A stretch of DNA of 31,440 bases from Armatimonadota bacterium. GTDB taxonomy: Bacteria; Armatimonadota; Zipacnadia; Zipacnadales; JABUFB01. Each line of letters opens with the position of its first letter. The first letter of the stretch is position 1. Where the stretch lies: the NCBI GenBank assembly GCA_018056145.1, contig JAGPGE010000001.1, positions 1 to 31,440 on the forward strand, written 5' to 3'. The notes under the pieces were generated by a model. The model saw only the letters and a program-made list of their open reading frames with translations, was not told the DNA's origin and did no database searches. The translations under genes were made by a program, and so were the position numbers. Positions 17,613 through 25,496 of the stretch are shown one piece after another.

Positions 17613-18491
17613 CTAGCTCTTCAGGTTCGCAACCATCCCGAGAATCTTCTCGAAGCAGATGCGGCTGGCCTGCTCGCCGCCGGCGGAGAAAGCCGCGCCA
17701 CCCGGCTTGTTCATCGTCTCCTCGTCGAGTTGCGAATCGGGCCGCCAGTGGGTCTCGAGGCTGCAGGCTCCCTCGTACCCCATGTCCACGAGCGCCTGGA
17801 ACTGTGCGGGGTAGTCGATATACCCGCCATCACCCACCGGGACGCAACGGGCGCCTCCCTCAGCCTGCGCGTCGCGGACCGCGTCTTTGATATGCATGTG
17901 GATCATGAAGGGCTTCATCCGCTCAAAGGCGTTCGGGAAAGGCAGCTCACCGTCGGCGGCATATACCTCGTTTGCCGGGTCCCAGATTGCGCGGACGCGG
18001 TCGCTGGCGAGGTCCTTGTACATTGCTTCCGCCTCGGCAGCGGTGGCGATATGCGTGGATGCCTCGTTCTCGATCCCGATGTACACGTCCTCCTGTTCGC
18101 AGATGCGGATCGGCTCGGAATAGGCGTCCAGAAGCTGCTGCCACACGGCCTGTGCGGGCCCGGTCTTCCAGAAGGTGAACCCGCGGATGATCTTGCAGTC
18201 GAAGCGGTGCGCGATCTCGATGCAGCGGCGCAGGATACCCAGATGCTCCTGGTACTGGTCTGCGTCGCCAAGATCGCACTTCAGGAAAGGCGATGCAATG
18301 CAGGGCACGCTGAACCCGCTGGCATCCATGATCGCCTTCATCTGGTTGAGCTGCTCGTCAGACAGCTTGTGCGGCGGGGTGTCCCACACGGACCGCGGCT
18401 CCACCATGGCAACCCCGTACTCCTTGCAGACATCGACGACCCGCTGGAAGTCCTGGGAGATCTCGTCGCTGATGACGCTGAGTTTGAACAT
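17613..18491 (-). CDS. Sugar phosphate isomerase/epimerase (AP-endonuclease-2/xylose isomerase-like TIM barrel)
   Basis: MFKLSVISDEIS; metal-ligand pattern IENE, WDPAN, HMHIKD, SLETH. Confidence 0.88.
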   Translation of the reverse strand: MFKLSVISDEISQDFQRVVDVCKEYGVAMVEPRSVWDTPPHKLSDEQLNQMKAIMDASGFSVPCIASPFLKCDLGDADQYQEHLGILRRCIEIAHRFDCKIIRGFTFWKTGPAQAVWQQLLDAYSEPIRICEQEDVYIGIENEASTHIATAAEAEAMYKDLASDRVRAIWDPANEVYAADGELPFPNAFERMKPFMIHMHIKDAVRDAQAEGGARCVPVGDGGYIDYPAQFQALVDMGYEGACSLETHWRPDSQLDEETMNKPGGAAFSAGGEQASRICFEKILGMVANLKS

Positions 18492-18504
18492 GCATATCAC
18501 CCTG

Positions 18505-18535
18505 AAAGTAAGGGCCGCGCAGGATGTGCGCGGCC
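18505..18535 (-). terminator. Candidate terminator closing the two-lipoprotein operon
   Basis: 9-bp stem GGCCGCGCA/TGCGCGGCC with a 5-nt loop, followed by CTTACTTT on the minus strand. Confidence 0.6.
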
Positions 18536-18599
18536 TGGTACGCTGTTAGGCTCGAGTTATGCGGCAACGCGCGCCGGATTGCCGGGGCCTGCCGTAGCG

Positions 18600-19814
18600 C
18601 TACTCAGCGCCACCCATGTCACCGGGAGGAGGCCCGGCCGCGGCGCCACCAGGAGGCCCTCCCGCGCCACCAGGCGCCATGTCAGCGGGAGGTCCGCCCG
18701 GTCCGCCCATTGCGGGAGGCCCGCCCGGTCCGCCCATTCCAGGCGGTCCGCCGGGACCACCCATGCCGGGAGGTCCACCAGGGCCACCCATTCCAGGCGG
18801 TCCACCGGGGCCACCCATGCCGCCACCCATCCCACCGGCTGCGCCGGCACCACCAGCGGTCGCGGGTGCGCCGCCACCCGAGGCGGCAACCTCGTCACGC
18901 TGTTTCTGGCCACGATGGTACCAGCATGCCAGGTCGGTCTTGTCCTTCCCGTGCGCGTGGAGCTTGTTTGGACAGCGCCTTCCGGTAACCGCGGTGTAGG
19001 CGGTGCACTGGTCGCCCTCGCCAGAGCCCGTGAAGTCCACGGGGGTCGGCGCTCGGGCAGGCCAGTTGCCAAAGGGCACGTCGAAGTTCCACTTCGCGCC
19101 GCACTTGGGGCAGCGCTGGCCCTGTCGGCTGAGTACGCTCGTCGCGTAGCCGCAGCGAGAGCAGTGCTTCTCGGACCCTGCCCAGCCGCGGCTGCACGTC
19201 GGACAGCGGGGCCCGAGCTGTGTTCCGGCCATCACATCGTGGCAGTTCGGGCAGTGGTAGATCAGGCCGGTTGGGAATGAGTCGCGGGCGCCGCAGCGCG
19301 GACACTCGACGTGCTTCTCGCCATCTTCCATCGGCCAGCGCATGAGGCTCTTGGGCATCGGGAGCCCGCACCACTTGCACCGCGGCACGTACCCGTGGGG
19401 GACTGAGAAGTGGCCGCCATGTTCGAGGATGAGGTGATCGGCCGCATCAGTCGCACCCGCGAAGAGGCTGTTACGCTTGGTCTCAATCTCGAGCTTCTGC
19501 TTGTCGTCAGCGGCAGACTGTGGAGACTCATACAGGCGCGTGGCATTGGCAAAAGCCCACTGCGTGTAGCCCATTGCAGCAGGCATCTCGGCTTCGCTAC
19601 CATAGCTGTCGGGCGCCATATACCGGCCCTTGCGGATGTGGTAGTGGGCCTCCTGCAACTCGAACTCGATGGCGGCAGCCATCGGCGAGTAGCTGGGCCA
19701 GCCCGGGTCTGGCGGCGGCGGCGCGGCCGCCTCCGGCTCCGGCTCCTCTTTGCACCCAATAAGCAGCACCGGAATGGTCAGCAAGATGGCTGCAATGATC
19801 AGGCGATGTCTCAT
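18600..19814 (-). CDS. Hypothetical lipoprotein B: six CxxC motifs, a C-x10-C-x15-C-x2-H motif and a Gly/Pro/Met-rich tail
   Basis: GGAGGG RBS; MRHRLIIAAILLTIPVLLIG-C lipobox (Cys21); CKWC, CPRC, CPNC, CPTC, CSRC, CPKC; (MGGPGGPP[G/A])x5. Confidence 0.88.
   Translation of the reverse strand: MRHRLIIAAILLTIPVLLIGCKEEPEPEAAAPPPPDPGWPSYSPMAAAIEFELQEAHYHIRKGRYMAPDSYGSEAEMPAAMGYTQWAFANATRLYESPQSAADDKQKLEIETKRNSLFAGATDAADHLILEHGGHFSVPHGYVPRCKWCGLPMPKSLMRWPMEDGEKHVECPRCGARDSFPTGLIYHCPNCHDVMAGTQLGPRCPTCSRGWAGSEKHCSRCGYATSVLSRQGQRCPKCGAKWNFDVPFGNWPARAPTPVDFTGSGEGDQCTAYTAVTGRRCPNKLHAHGKDKTDLACWYHRGQKQRDEVAASGGGAPATAGGAGAAGGMGGGMGGPGGPPGMGGPGGPPGMGGPGGPPGMGGPGGPPAMGGPGGPPADMAPGGAGGPPGGAAAGPPPGDMGGAE
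18684..18818 (-). repeat. Five 27-bp coding repeats (MGGPGGPP[G/A])
   Basis: Units at 18684, 18711, 18738, 18765 and 18792; nearly identical protein sequence with synonymous DNA divergence. Confidence 0.92.
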
Positions 19815-19834
19815 CCAGCGCCCTCCGGACTGGG

Positions 19835-19860
19835 GGTCGGGCCAATGACGATGCCCGACC
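19835..19860 (-). other. Intercistronic hairpin between the two lipoprotein genes
   Basis: 8-bp perfect stem GGTCGGGC/GCCCGACC with a 10-nt loop and no U tract, in the 54-nt gap just before the RBS of gene B. Confidence 0.55.
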
Positions 19861-19868
19861 TTGCCCGT

Positions 19869-21701
19869 CTAGTTGCGTTGCGGCTGACGGTCGTTCGGTA
19901 TGGCTGCGGCTCGCAGGCGAACCTCGTGAGCCTCAAGCTCCATCTGGTGCAGCGACGGCACGCGTTCGGGCGACGGCGAGGCCGCGACCCAGGCCTCGTA
20001 CGCCTGGCGGTCGGCCTTGGTCGGGAGCACCGAACTGCTCGCGAACACGGCCTCGGCGGTCTTGTGGGTCTTCTGCGCGTTCTTCATCCCCTGCTGGCGC
20101 CTTGCGAACGTCGGCGAGTTCCAGGAGCGGGTGAGACGGTAACGCCCATCGGGGCTGGTGTAGCAGGACGGACACTGGATAGCGGATACGCGGTACTGAT
20201 CACGATAGCCACAGTCCAGACATTCATGGGGTTCGACGACCTCGAACGTGCCGGGGATGGCCGGACGCGTTGCCTTGCCGCAGCGTGAACAGCGCCACAT
20301 CTGCCCGTCTCGTGTAAGCTTCCGGCCGCAGGAATCGCAGGTGTAGGTGGGAACATTGGCGGACACGCGGGACAGGTAAGCCCAATTGCGCGACCGCTCC
20401 CAGTGCCAGTTGTGCCCCAACTTCAGGTAGTTGTCGAACACCTCGACCATCAGGCGGCTGCGCTTGGTCTCATCGCGCTCGACCGATGCCGGGTCATAGT
20501 TCGCGTTGCCGAAGCTCACGCGGATCGCGTTGATGGTGTGGGAAATGGTGGGGGAGATGAGGCGGCCGATCTTGGTTGCGTCCACGTTCTCCATCAGGAG
20601 ACCGTAGCGGCAGATCGCGTGGATTGCAGCCAGCCCGACGCGCGCTTTGGCGATGGCATCAGCGCTGTCCAGCAGGTCTGAGTAATCAGCCTGTGCCAGC
20701 ATTTTGCGCATCGCCCAATGCCACAGGTAGGCTTCCCAGTCGCTCTTGGTCTGGGCGGCGTGAGAAAGCTGCGCCAGCGGGAAGTCGCTGTACTTGGTCT
20801 GGACCTCTTCGAGTAACGAGCGGGCCATGAAGAACCAGTATTCGTGGAACCACTTCTGCTGGTTCATCTGGACACCGCGGGTCTTTTGACAGACGCGCTT
20901 GACGGCGATTGCGAGGGCCAGCGGAGGAACGCCGTCCGCAGCGGGAGCGGCTCCAGCGGCAGGACCGTCTCCACCGGGCCCACCAGGACCGCCGGCACCC
21001 GGTCCACTGGGGCCGCCCGGTCCGCCCGGTCCACCAGGTCCACCAGGTCCACCAGGTCCACCAGGTCCACCAGGTCCACCAGGTCCACCAGGTCCACCAG
21101 GTCCACCGGCCTGGGCGAACTGCATGCCGCCCGAGGAGGCCTGCACTGCCGGGGCGTCTGTGTCGTCCCCATCGCCGGTCTTCTTGTCAGCGGCAGTGGG
21201 TGCCGGAACTTCGCGCGTCAGGAATGTTCGCAGTATGCCGAGCGCTTCCTCAACCGCCGCGACCTGCTTGGCAGTTGCGGGAGGAGCCTTTTCCACCTTT
21301 GCCGGCTGAGCTGCGGGACCGCCGGCAGCGCCGCCTTCGCCCTCGTCGCCCTCAGACGGACCTGCAGCTGGGCCACCAGGTCCGCCGGGTCCACCAGCAC
21401 CCTCACTGGGTCCACCCGGTCCTGCCGGTCCTGCCGGTCCTCCAGCTGGTGGTGCGCCCCCGGGCGCGCCTGGGCCTCCAGGAGGACCAGCGGGACCACC
21501 GGGCATCCCGCCACCTTCAGGCATGCCCATCGGTGCGCCGCCGGGTGCACCCGCCATCATCTGTTCAGGGCCCCCAGTCGGGGCCCCGCCTGCGGCGTCT
21601 TCACCCTTCTTGCCGCAACCCGTGCCGGACAAAGCGATGAAGGCCAGTGCTGCGATGCAGAGTACGATCGCTGGTAGCAATGCTCGCGCCCGATTGCGCA
21701 T
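19869..21701 (-). CDS. Hypothetical lipoprotein A: two Gly/Pro-rich regions, a helical core and four CxxC motifs
   Basis: ATG 21701 with GGGAGG RBS; MRNRARALLPAIVLCIAALAFIALSGTG-C lipobox (Cys29); (GGP)x11; CDSC-x12-CSRC and CLDC-x12-CPSC. Confidence 0.88.
   Translation of the reverse strand: MRNRARALLPAIVLCIAALAFIALSGTGCGKKGEDAAGGAPTGGPEQMMAGAPGGAPMGMPEGGGMPGGPAGPPGGPGAPGGAPPAGGPAGPAGPGGPSEGAGGPGGPGGPAAGPSEGDEGEGGAAGGPAAQPAKVEKAPPATAKQVAAVEEALGILRTFLTREVPAPTAADKKTGDGDDTDAPAVQASSGGMQFAQAGGPGGPGGPGGPGGPGGPGGPGGPGGPGGPGGPSGPGAGGPGGPGGDGPAAGAAPAADGVPPLALAIAVKRVCQKTRGVQMNQQKWFHEYWFFMARSLLEEVQTKYSDFPLAQLSHAAQTKSDWEAYLWHWAMRKMLAQADYSDLLDSADAIAKARVGLAAIHAICRYGLLMENVDATKIGRLISPTISHTINAIRVSFGNANYDPASVERDETKRSRLMVEVFDNYLKLGHNWHWERSRNWAYLSRVSANVPTYTCDSCGRKLTRDGQMWRCSRCGKATRPAIPGTFEVVEPHECLDCGYRDQYRVSAIQCPSCYTSPDGRYRLTRSWNSPTFARRQQGMKNAQKTHKTAEAVFASSSVLPTKADRQAYEAWVAASPSPERVPSLHQMELEAHEVRLRAAAIPNDRQPQRN
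21028..21107. repeat. Perfect 9-bp tandem repeat (GGTCCACCA)n encoding (GGP)n on the minus strand
   Basis: 8 identical units (21028-21099) plus 8 nt of a ninth, preceded by two degenerate units (21010-21027). Confidence 0.97.
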
Positions 21702-21759
21702 GCTGGGATCCTCCCGGGACTGGACCGGGGCCACGGGACTCCGGAAACAGCCGGACATG

Positions 21760-21785
21760 AAAAGAGGCCGACAGACTGACGGCCT
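21760..21785 (-). terminator. Terminator-like hairpin inside the 5' leader of the lipoprotein operon
   Basis: AGGCCG-tcagtctgt-CGGCCT followed by CTTTT, between the promoter and the RBS. Confidence 0.45.
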
Positions 21786-21846
21786 GCCCAATGCATCCGA
21801 AGCGTCTGGGCCCGGGTCAAAGCGGGCTCACCCTACGCCAACGCTC

Positions 21847-21876
21847 ATTTTAGCACAAAAGAACGGCGACACGCAA
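21847..21876 (-). promoter_or_regulatory. sigma70-type promoter of the lipoprotein operon
   Basis: TTGCGT-N18-TAAAAT with extended TG (TGC TAAAAT). Confidence 0.7.
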
Positions 21877-21904
21877 ACGCCATATGACCGCTGATGCGGA
21901 TCGC

Positions 21905-22777
21905 CTACTCGATGCCCTCATGGGGCTCAAGCGGCATCAGCCGGAAGTTGGGCAGCAGGTCTGCAGTGCGGTCCATCCGCGTGTTGTGCGACAGGTTCCA
22001 GAAACCCTCGTAGCGCTCGTTATCCTCATCGTAGTCGAGCACGGACCATGAAAGCCCAACAATCTCGCCGGCTGTCAGCTTGTGGATTGCGCTGAACTCC
22101 GGGCCAAGGTAACTCGCGTAGTTGAACGGACTTATGCTGAACTCCAGGCACAGTGGGCCCGGTTCGCCCGGCCCAAAGGCATAACTGTACGCGTGCTCAC
22201 TCCAGGGCTTCTCAACCAACCACTGCTGCGATCCCCATACCCAGGCCCACGGCCTGCCCGGCCCTGGCGGGGTGAAGATGTGGTAGTTCTGGCAATGTGT
22301 GCTCTTGAGCTTCTCCTCGACTTCGGGCGTCACGTCCGAGTAGCTGTGATACTGGCCGCCGGAATGGTCGGCGTCAAGCACGACCTCGAAGATGTCGCCC
22401 CAGTCCTCCCGGAAGTTATGCAGATCATCCCAGACGCGGTACAGGAAGTACAGCCGGTTAGTGGTCGGACTCCATGCCACAGTGACCTCGACGCGCAGGT
22501 CATCGGGCGACATCCGGTCGTCTTTCCCCATGACTGTGTCGCGCAGATGACTGCCGTCCACACTGTACTCCGCCGGCACACGCGCCCAATCGCCCCCATC
22601 CCCATCGATCACGGGCAATGCGTCATCGGGAAAGCAGTATATCTTGTACTCGATCCCAGGTGGCTGGTGCCCATTGACCCTCGATATCGGCACGATGCAA
22701 GCCAGGCAGACCAACGCCGCCAGGACGGCCGGGTTCAGTGCCTGCGCATATCCGCGATCTGCTGTTCGCAAACGCAC
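21905..22777 (-). CDS. Secreted hypothetical protein, CBM9/DOMON-like sugar-binding fold suspected
   Basis: GTG start with GAGG; hydrophobic N-terminal segment; PVIDGDGGDW, VAWSPTTNRLYFLYRVWDD, DIFEVVLDAD, LEFSISPF, IVGLSWSVLDYD pattern. Confidence 0.75.
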   Translation of the reverse strand: MRLRTADRGYAQALNPAVLAALVCLACIVPISRVNGHQPPGIEYKIYCFPDDALPVIDGDGGDWARVPAEYSVDGSHLRDTVMGKDDRMSPDDLRVEVTVAWSPTTNRLYFLYRVWDDLHNFREDWGDIFEVVLDADHSGGQYHSYSDVTPEVEEKLKSTHCQNYHIFTPPGPGRPWAWVWGSQQWLVEKPWSEHAYSYAFGPGEPGPLCLEFSISPFNYASYLGPEFSAIHKLTAGEIVGLSWSVLDYDEDNERYEGFWNLSHNTRMDRTADLLPNFRLMPLEPHEGIE

Positions 22778-22786
22778 TTGCTCGCC

Positions 22787-23506
22787 TCATATCCGTTCCA
22801 GCGGCGGCACATTGCCGCGCCGGAACTGTGGGCCGCCGCTCGGGGCCGCCCATTTGATCGCGTTCAGGATGACTCTGAGCACTTCCTCGTTGTGGTAAAT
22901 GGGGTGTGTCTCGTGCCCCGGACGGAAGTAGAAAACGCGACCATTTCCCCGGCTGAAGCAGCAGCCACTGCGGAACACCTCGCCGCCGGGAAACCAGCTA
23001 ATGAAGACAAGTTCGTCGGGTACCGGAATGTCGAAATGCTCCCCGTACATCTCGGTGTTTTCGATCTCGATGTACTCGCCCAGTCCGGCAGCAATGGGGT
23101 GCCCGGGGGCCACGACCCAGAGCCGCTCCTTCTCGCCTGACTCGCGCCATTTGATGTCACAGGTGGTGCCCATCAGCCGCAAGAAGACCTTGCTCTTGAG
23201 GGCCGAGTGCAGCACGATCAGTCCCATGCCTGCCAGTACACGAGTGCATACGCGGTCTGCGACCTCATCGCTCACCTCGCCCTGAGCCACGTGACCCCAC
23301 CAGATGAGGACGTCCGTATCATCCAGCACCTGCTCTGTCAAGCCGTGTTCAGGCTCATCAAGGCAGGCCAGCCTCAGCCTGAAATCAGTGTTGCGCTCGA
23401 GGTAGTCCGCAATGGCGGCATGTATGCCCTCGGGGTAGATCTCTCGGCAGGCGTCCAGTTGTCTCTCGTGCCTGAACTCGTTCCAGAGCGTCACGCTCAG
23501 CGCCAT
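22787..23506 (-). CDS. thuA: ThuA domain (trehalose utilisation) protein
   Basis: [71 protein letters not shown]. Confidence 0.88.
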   Translation of the reverse strand: MALSVTLWNEFRHERQLDACREIYPEGIHAAIADYLERNTDFRLRLACLDEPEHGLTEQVLDDTDVLIWWGHVAQGEVSDEVADRVCTRVLAGMGLIVLHSALKSKVFLRLMGTTCDIKWRESGEKERLWVVAPGHPIAAGLGEYIEIENTEMYGEHFDIPVPDELVFISWFPGGEVFRSGCCFSRGNGRVFYFRPGHETHPIYHNEEVLRVILNAIKWAAPSGGPQFRRGNVPPLERI

Positions 23507-23610
23507 GCTACATCCCTCGGTTCGACGGGCAGTCACGGTGCCCTCCGTATGTTCCAGTGTGCTCTTCTCCACGGTGCCGCGCCGCACCTGCATTCCGGGG
23601 ACGCACCTAT

Positions 23611-25389
23611 CTACCGGAAGGTCCACAGTCCGAAGTTGTCTGGCTCGACAAACCCGCCGACGCACTGTGACCAGGAGGTTTGTTCGCCGCCAGTAATCCG
23701 CTGCCTGCACAGGTTCGCGTACAAGGTCTGTCCCGCGACTGGAGCATTCCTGCTCAGCGACTTCCAGGGAAGGGACAGTTCCACCGACCAGTACCCCGCA
23801 TCGCGGTGCGTTGCCACGTGCAGGTCCGGGCTCCAACTGAGATCGTCTGACCCGTTGCAGGCGGCGTCCCACAGCACGCCCTCGGGGTTGACGATGAGGT
23901 GGTAGTAGGGCTTCCGTTCCTGACCGGCGGACAGGAATAGATCTACGCTGTCGCCGTTCCACACATCATGGTCCCGCGCCGAACCGATGACCTTGACGCC
24001 CGCGGGATTCGGCTCGTAGCAGTAGCAGGCGATGTACAGGTTATCCTGGTCATAGGCCGCCCACGCAAGAGTGGCCGCGAGCTTGGGGTCGGGCTTGACC
24101 CCGATGTACGGCACGAACGCCTCCATGGCGCTCACCGAACGCCAGAGCGGGTCATCGAGCACGCCGTCGATCGCCGGCGTCTGCCCTGCCGGAACCGGGG
24201 CCACATCCGCGGATCGGCGAACCAGACTGGCCGCGAGCATCGCGGATCGCCGTTCCGTGGCTTCCTCGATCACCGCGCTCAGGTCGAACCCCAGCGGCTC
24301 GCCAGCGGCCAGCTTCGCCCGCGCACGCCTGATGGCCACTGGAAGCAGCTCGGGCACGTCGCGGTCAAGCCACCAGTTCATGCGCTCGCTGTACAGCCAG
24401 ACGTAGCGGTCCGCCGTGGAAAGCGCATAGTAGACATTGTGCTCGAACCACAGCGCGCGCTCTTCGGGGGTCATGAACTCGCTGATGTTCTTGCGCACAC
24501 GCAGGTCGAAGAGATGGTCCACGTAGAGCGCCTGACTCACCTGGACATGCGCCGGGTAGCGCGCCTGGTTCGCCAGGGACAGCATCTTCCACGCCTGGTC
24601 TCGCATCACATCGCGCGACTTTTCGAACTGCTCCGCCTTGGTGTAGTAGTACGACGATTCGTTGCCATCGGTGATCACGGTTCCCGGGTCTGCCGCATCC
24701 AGCATGCCCTCAATGAACGCGGGCAGCAGACCGTAGTGGCGGTTGATCAGCCCCGCCTCTCGCATCGCGGGGTCGGCCTCCGCCGCCAGATCCCCGAAGT
24801 AGCTGAGCAGAAAGAACGTGTGGATGACCGGGGTCTGCATCTCGGCTTCGATGGCATCCACGAACTGTGCCCCGCGCTTGCGCACAATGGTCTGGTATTC
24901 GGCGAAGCTCCTCGTGCCAGCCTGCGCCTGCTCCGGGTAGATCCATGGGTTATTGCCGTATGGCTCAGCGTCGAAGCAGAGCCCTTTGCACCGCCCGATC
25001 CTCGCCGCCTTCGCGCAGAGGCGTACGTTGTTCACCACGCAGTCCCAGTCTGCGTCACTGAACCAGTCCATCGTCGAGGCGGCGTACATGATGATGAAGT
25101 TGTCTGTGAACTGCTTCCATTCAATGCGGCCGAGTGCCTGGAGCTCCGCTGCTACCTGGCTCTCCTCGTACTTCCGGTTGGTGAAGATGCTCCCAATCGG
25201 CTGGACTCTCATGATCAGCCCGTCGAAAGGGCGCTCTTCCATCGCGCGGATGTTGTCTGCCACGAAACTCGGAGCAGGGACGTCCCACCCGTATTCGATC
25301 AGCTTTTTCTCGGTAGGTTGGGCCTGCACTCCCGTCGAGATCGACAGCACGAACAGGACCAGCAGCCCCGTACACGTAGTTCTTAGCAT
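23611..25389 (-). CDS. Secreted protein: putative glycoside-hydrolase-like barrel plus C-terminal CBM9-like domain
   Basis: ATG 25389 with GAGGAG RBS; signal-like N-terminus; FDAEPY and DGNESSYYY in the N-terminal domain; [41 protein letters not shown] in the C-terminal domain. Confidence 0.8.
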   Translation of the reverse strand: MLRTTCTGLLVLFVLSISTGVQAQPTEKKLIEYGWDVPAPSFVADNIRAMEERPFDGLIMRVQPIGSIFTNRKYEESQVAAELQALGRIEWKQFTDNFIIMYAASTMDWFSDADWDCVVNNVRLCAKAARIGRCKGLCFDAEPYGNNPWIYPEQAQAGTRSFAEYQTIVRKRGAQFVDAIEAEMQTPVIHTFFLLSYFGDLAAEADPAMREAGLINRHYGLLPAFIEGMLDAADPGTVITDGNESSYYYTKAEQFEKSRDVMRDQAWKMLSLANQARYPAHVQVSQALYVDHLFDLRVRKNISEFMTPEERALWFEHNVYYALSTADRYVWLYSERMNWWLDRDVPELLPVAIRRARAKLAAGEPLGFDLSAVIEEATERRSAMLAASLVRRSADVAPVPAGQTPAIDGVLDDPLWRSVSAMEAFVPYIGVKPDPKLAATLAWAAYDQDNLYIACYCYEPNPAGVKVIGSARDHDVWNGDSVDLFLSAGQERKPYYHLIVNPEGVLWDAACNGSDDLSWSPDLHVATHRDAGYWSVELSLPWKSLSRNAPVAGQTLYANLCRQRITGGEQTSWSQCVGGFVEPDNFGLWTFR

Positions 25390-25496
25390 GGACCGCACGC
25401 TCCTCACCTGTTGATGGGACACAATTCGCCTGTGGCTCTCGAGGTCCTTCTCTGGATCGACCCACCGGGGCACGCAGATTGCAGGGCCGCGTGAGT

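Noticed and set aside
18684-18818. 27-bp repeats as a CRISPR-like array
   Set aside because: Units are contiguous without spacers, vary at synonymous sites and lie in frame inside a CDS; no cas genes are present.
17607-19280. 557-aa plus-strand ORF, and similar long antisense ORFs at 22082-23140, 23968-25386, 8073-9488 and 2117-3034
   Set aside because: Shadow ORFs opposite well-supported genes in high-GC DNA; no motifs.
20844-21677. Alternative-frame ORFs across the 9-bp repeat, including a collagen-like (GPP)n on the plus strand and (VDL)n, (HQV)n, (RST)n readings
   Set aside because: The repeat unit has no stop in any frame. Only the minus-strand GGP frame has an RBS, a lipobox and continuity with a globular domain.
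23535-23580. GGCACCGTG direct repeat upstream of thuA as an operator
   Set aside because: Two 9-mers in high-GC DNA with no promoter evidence; compatible with chance.
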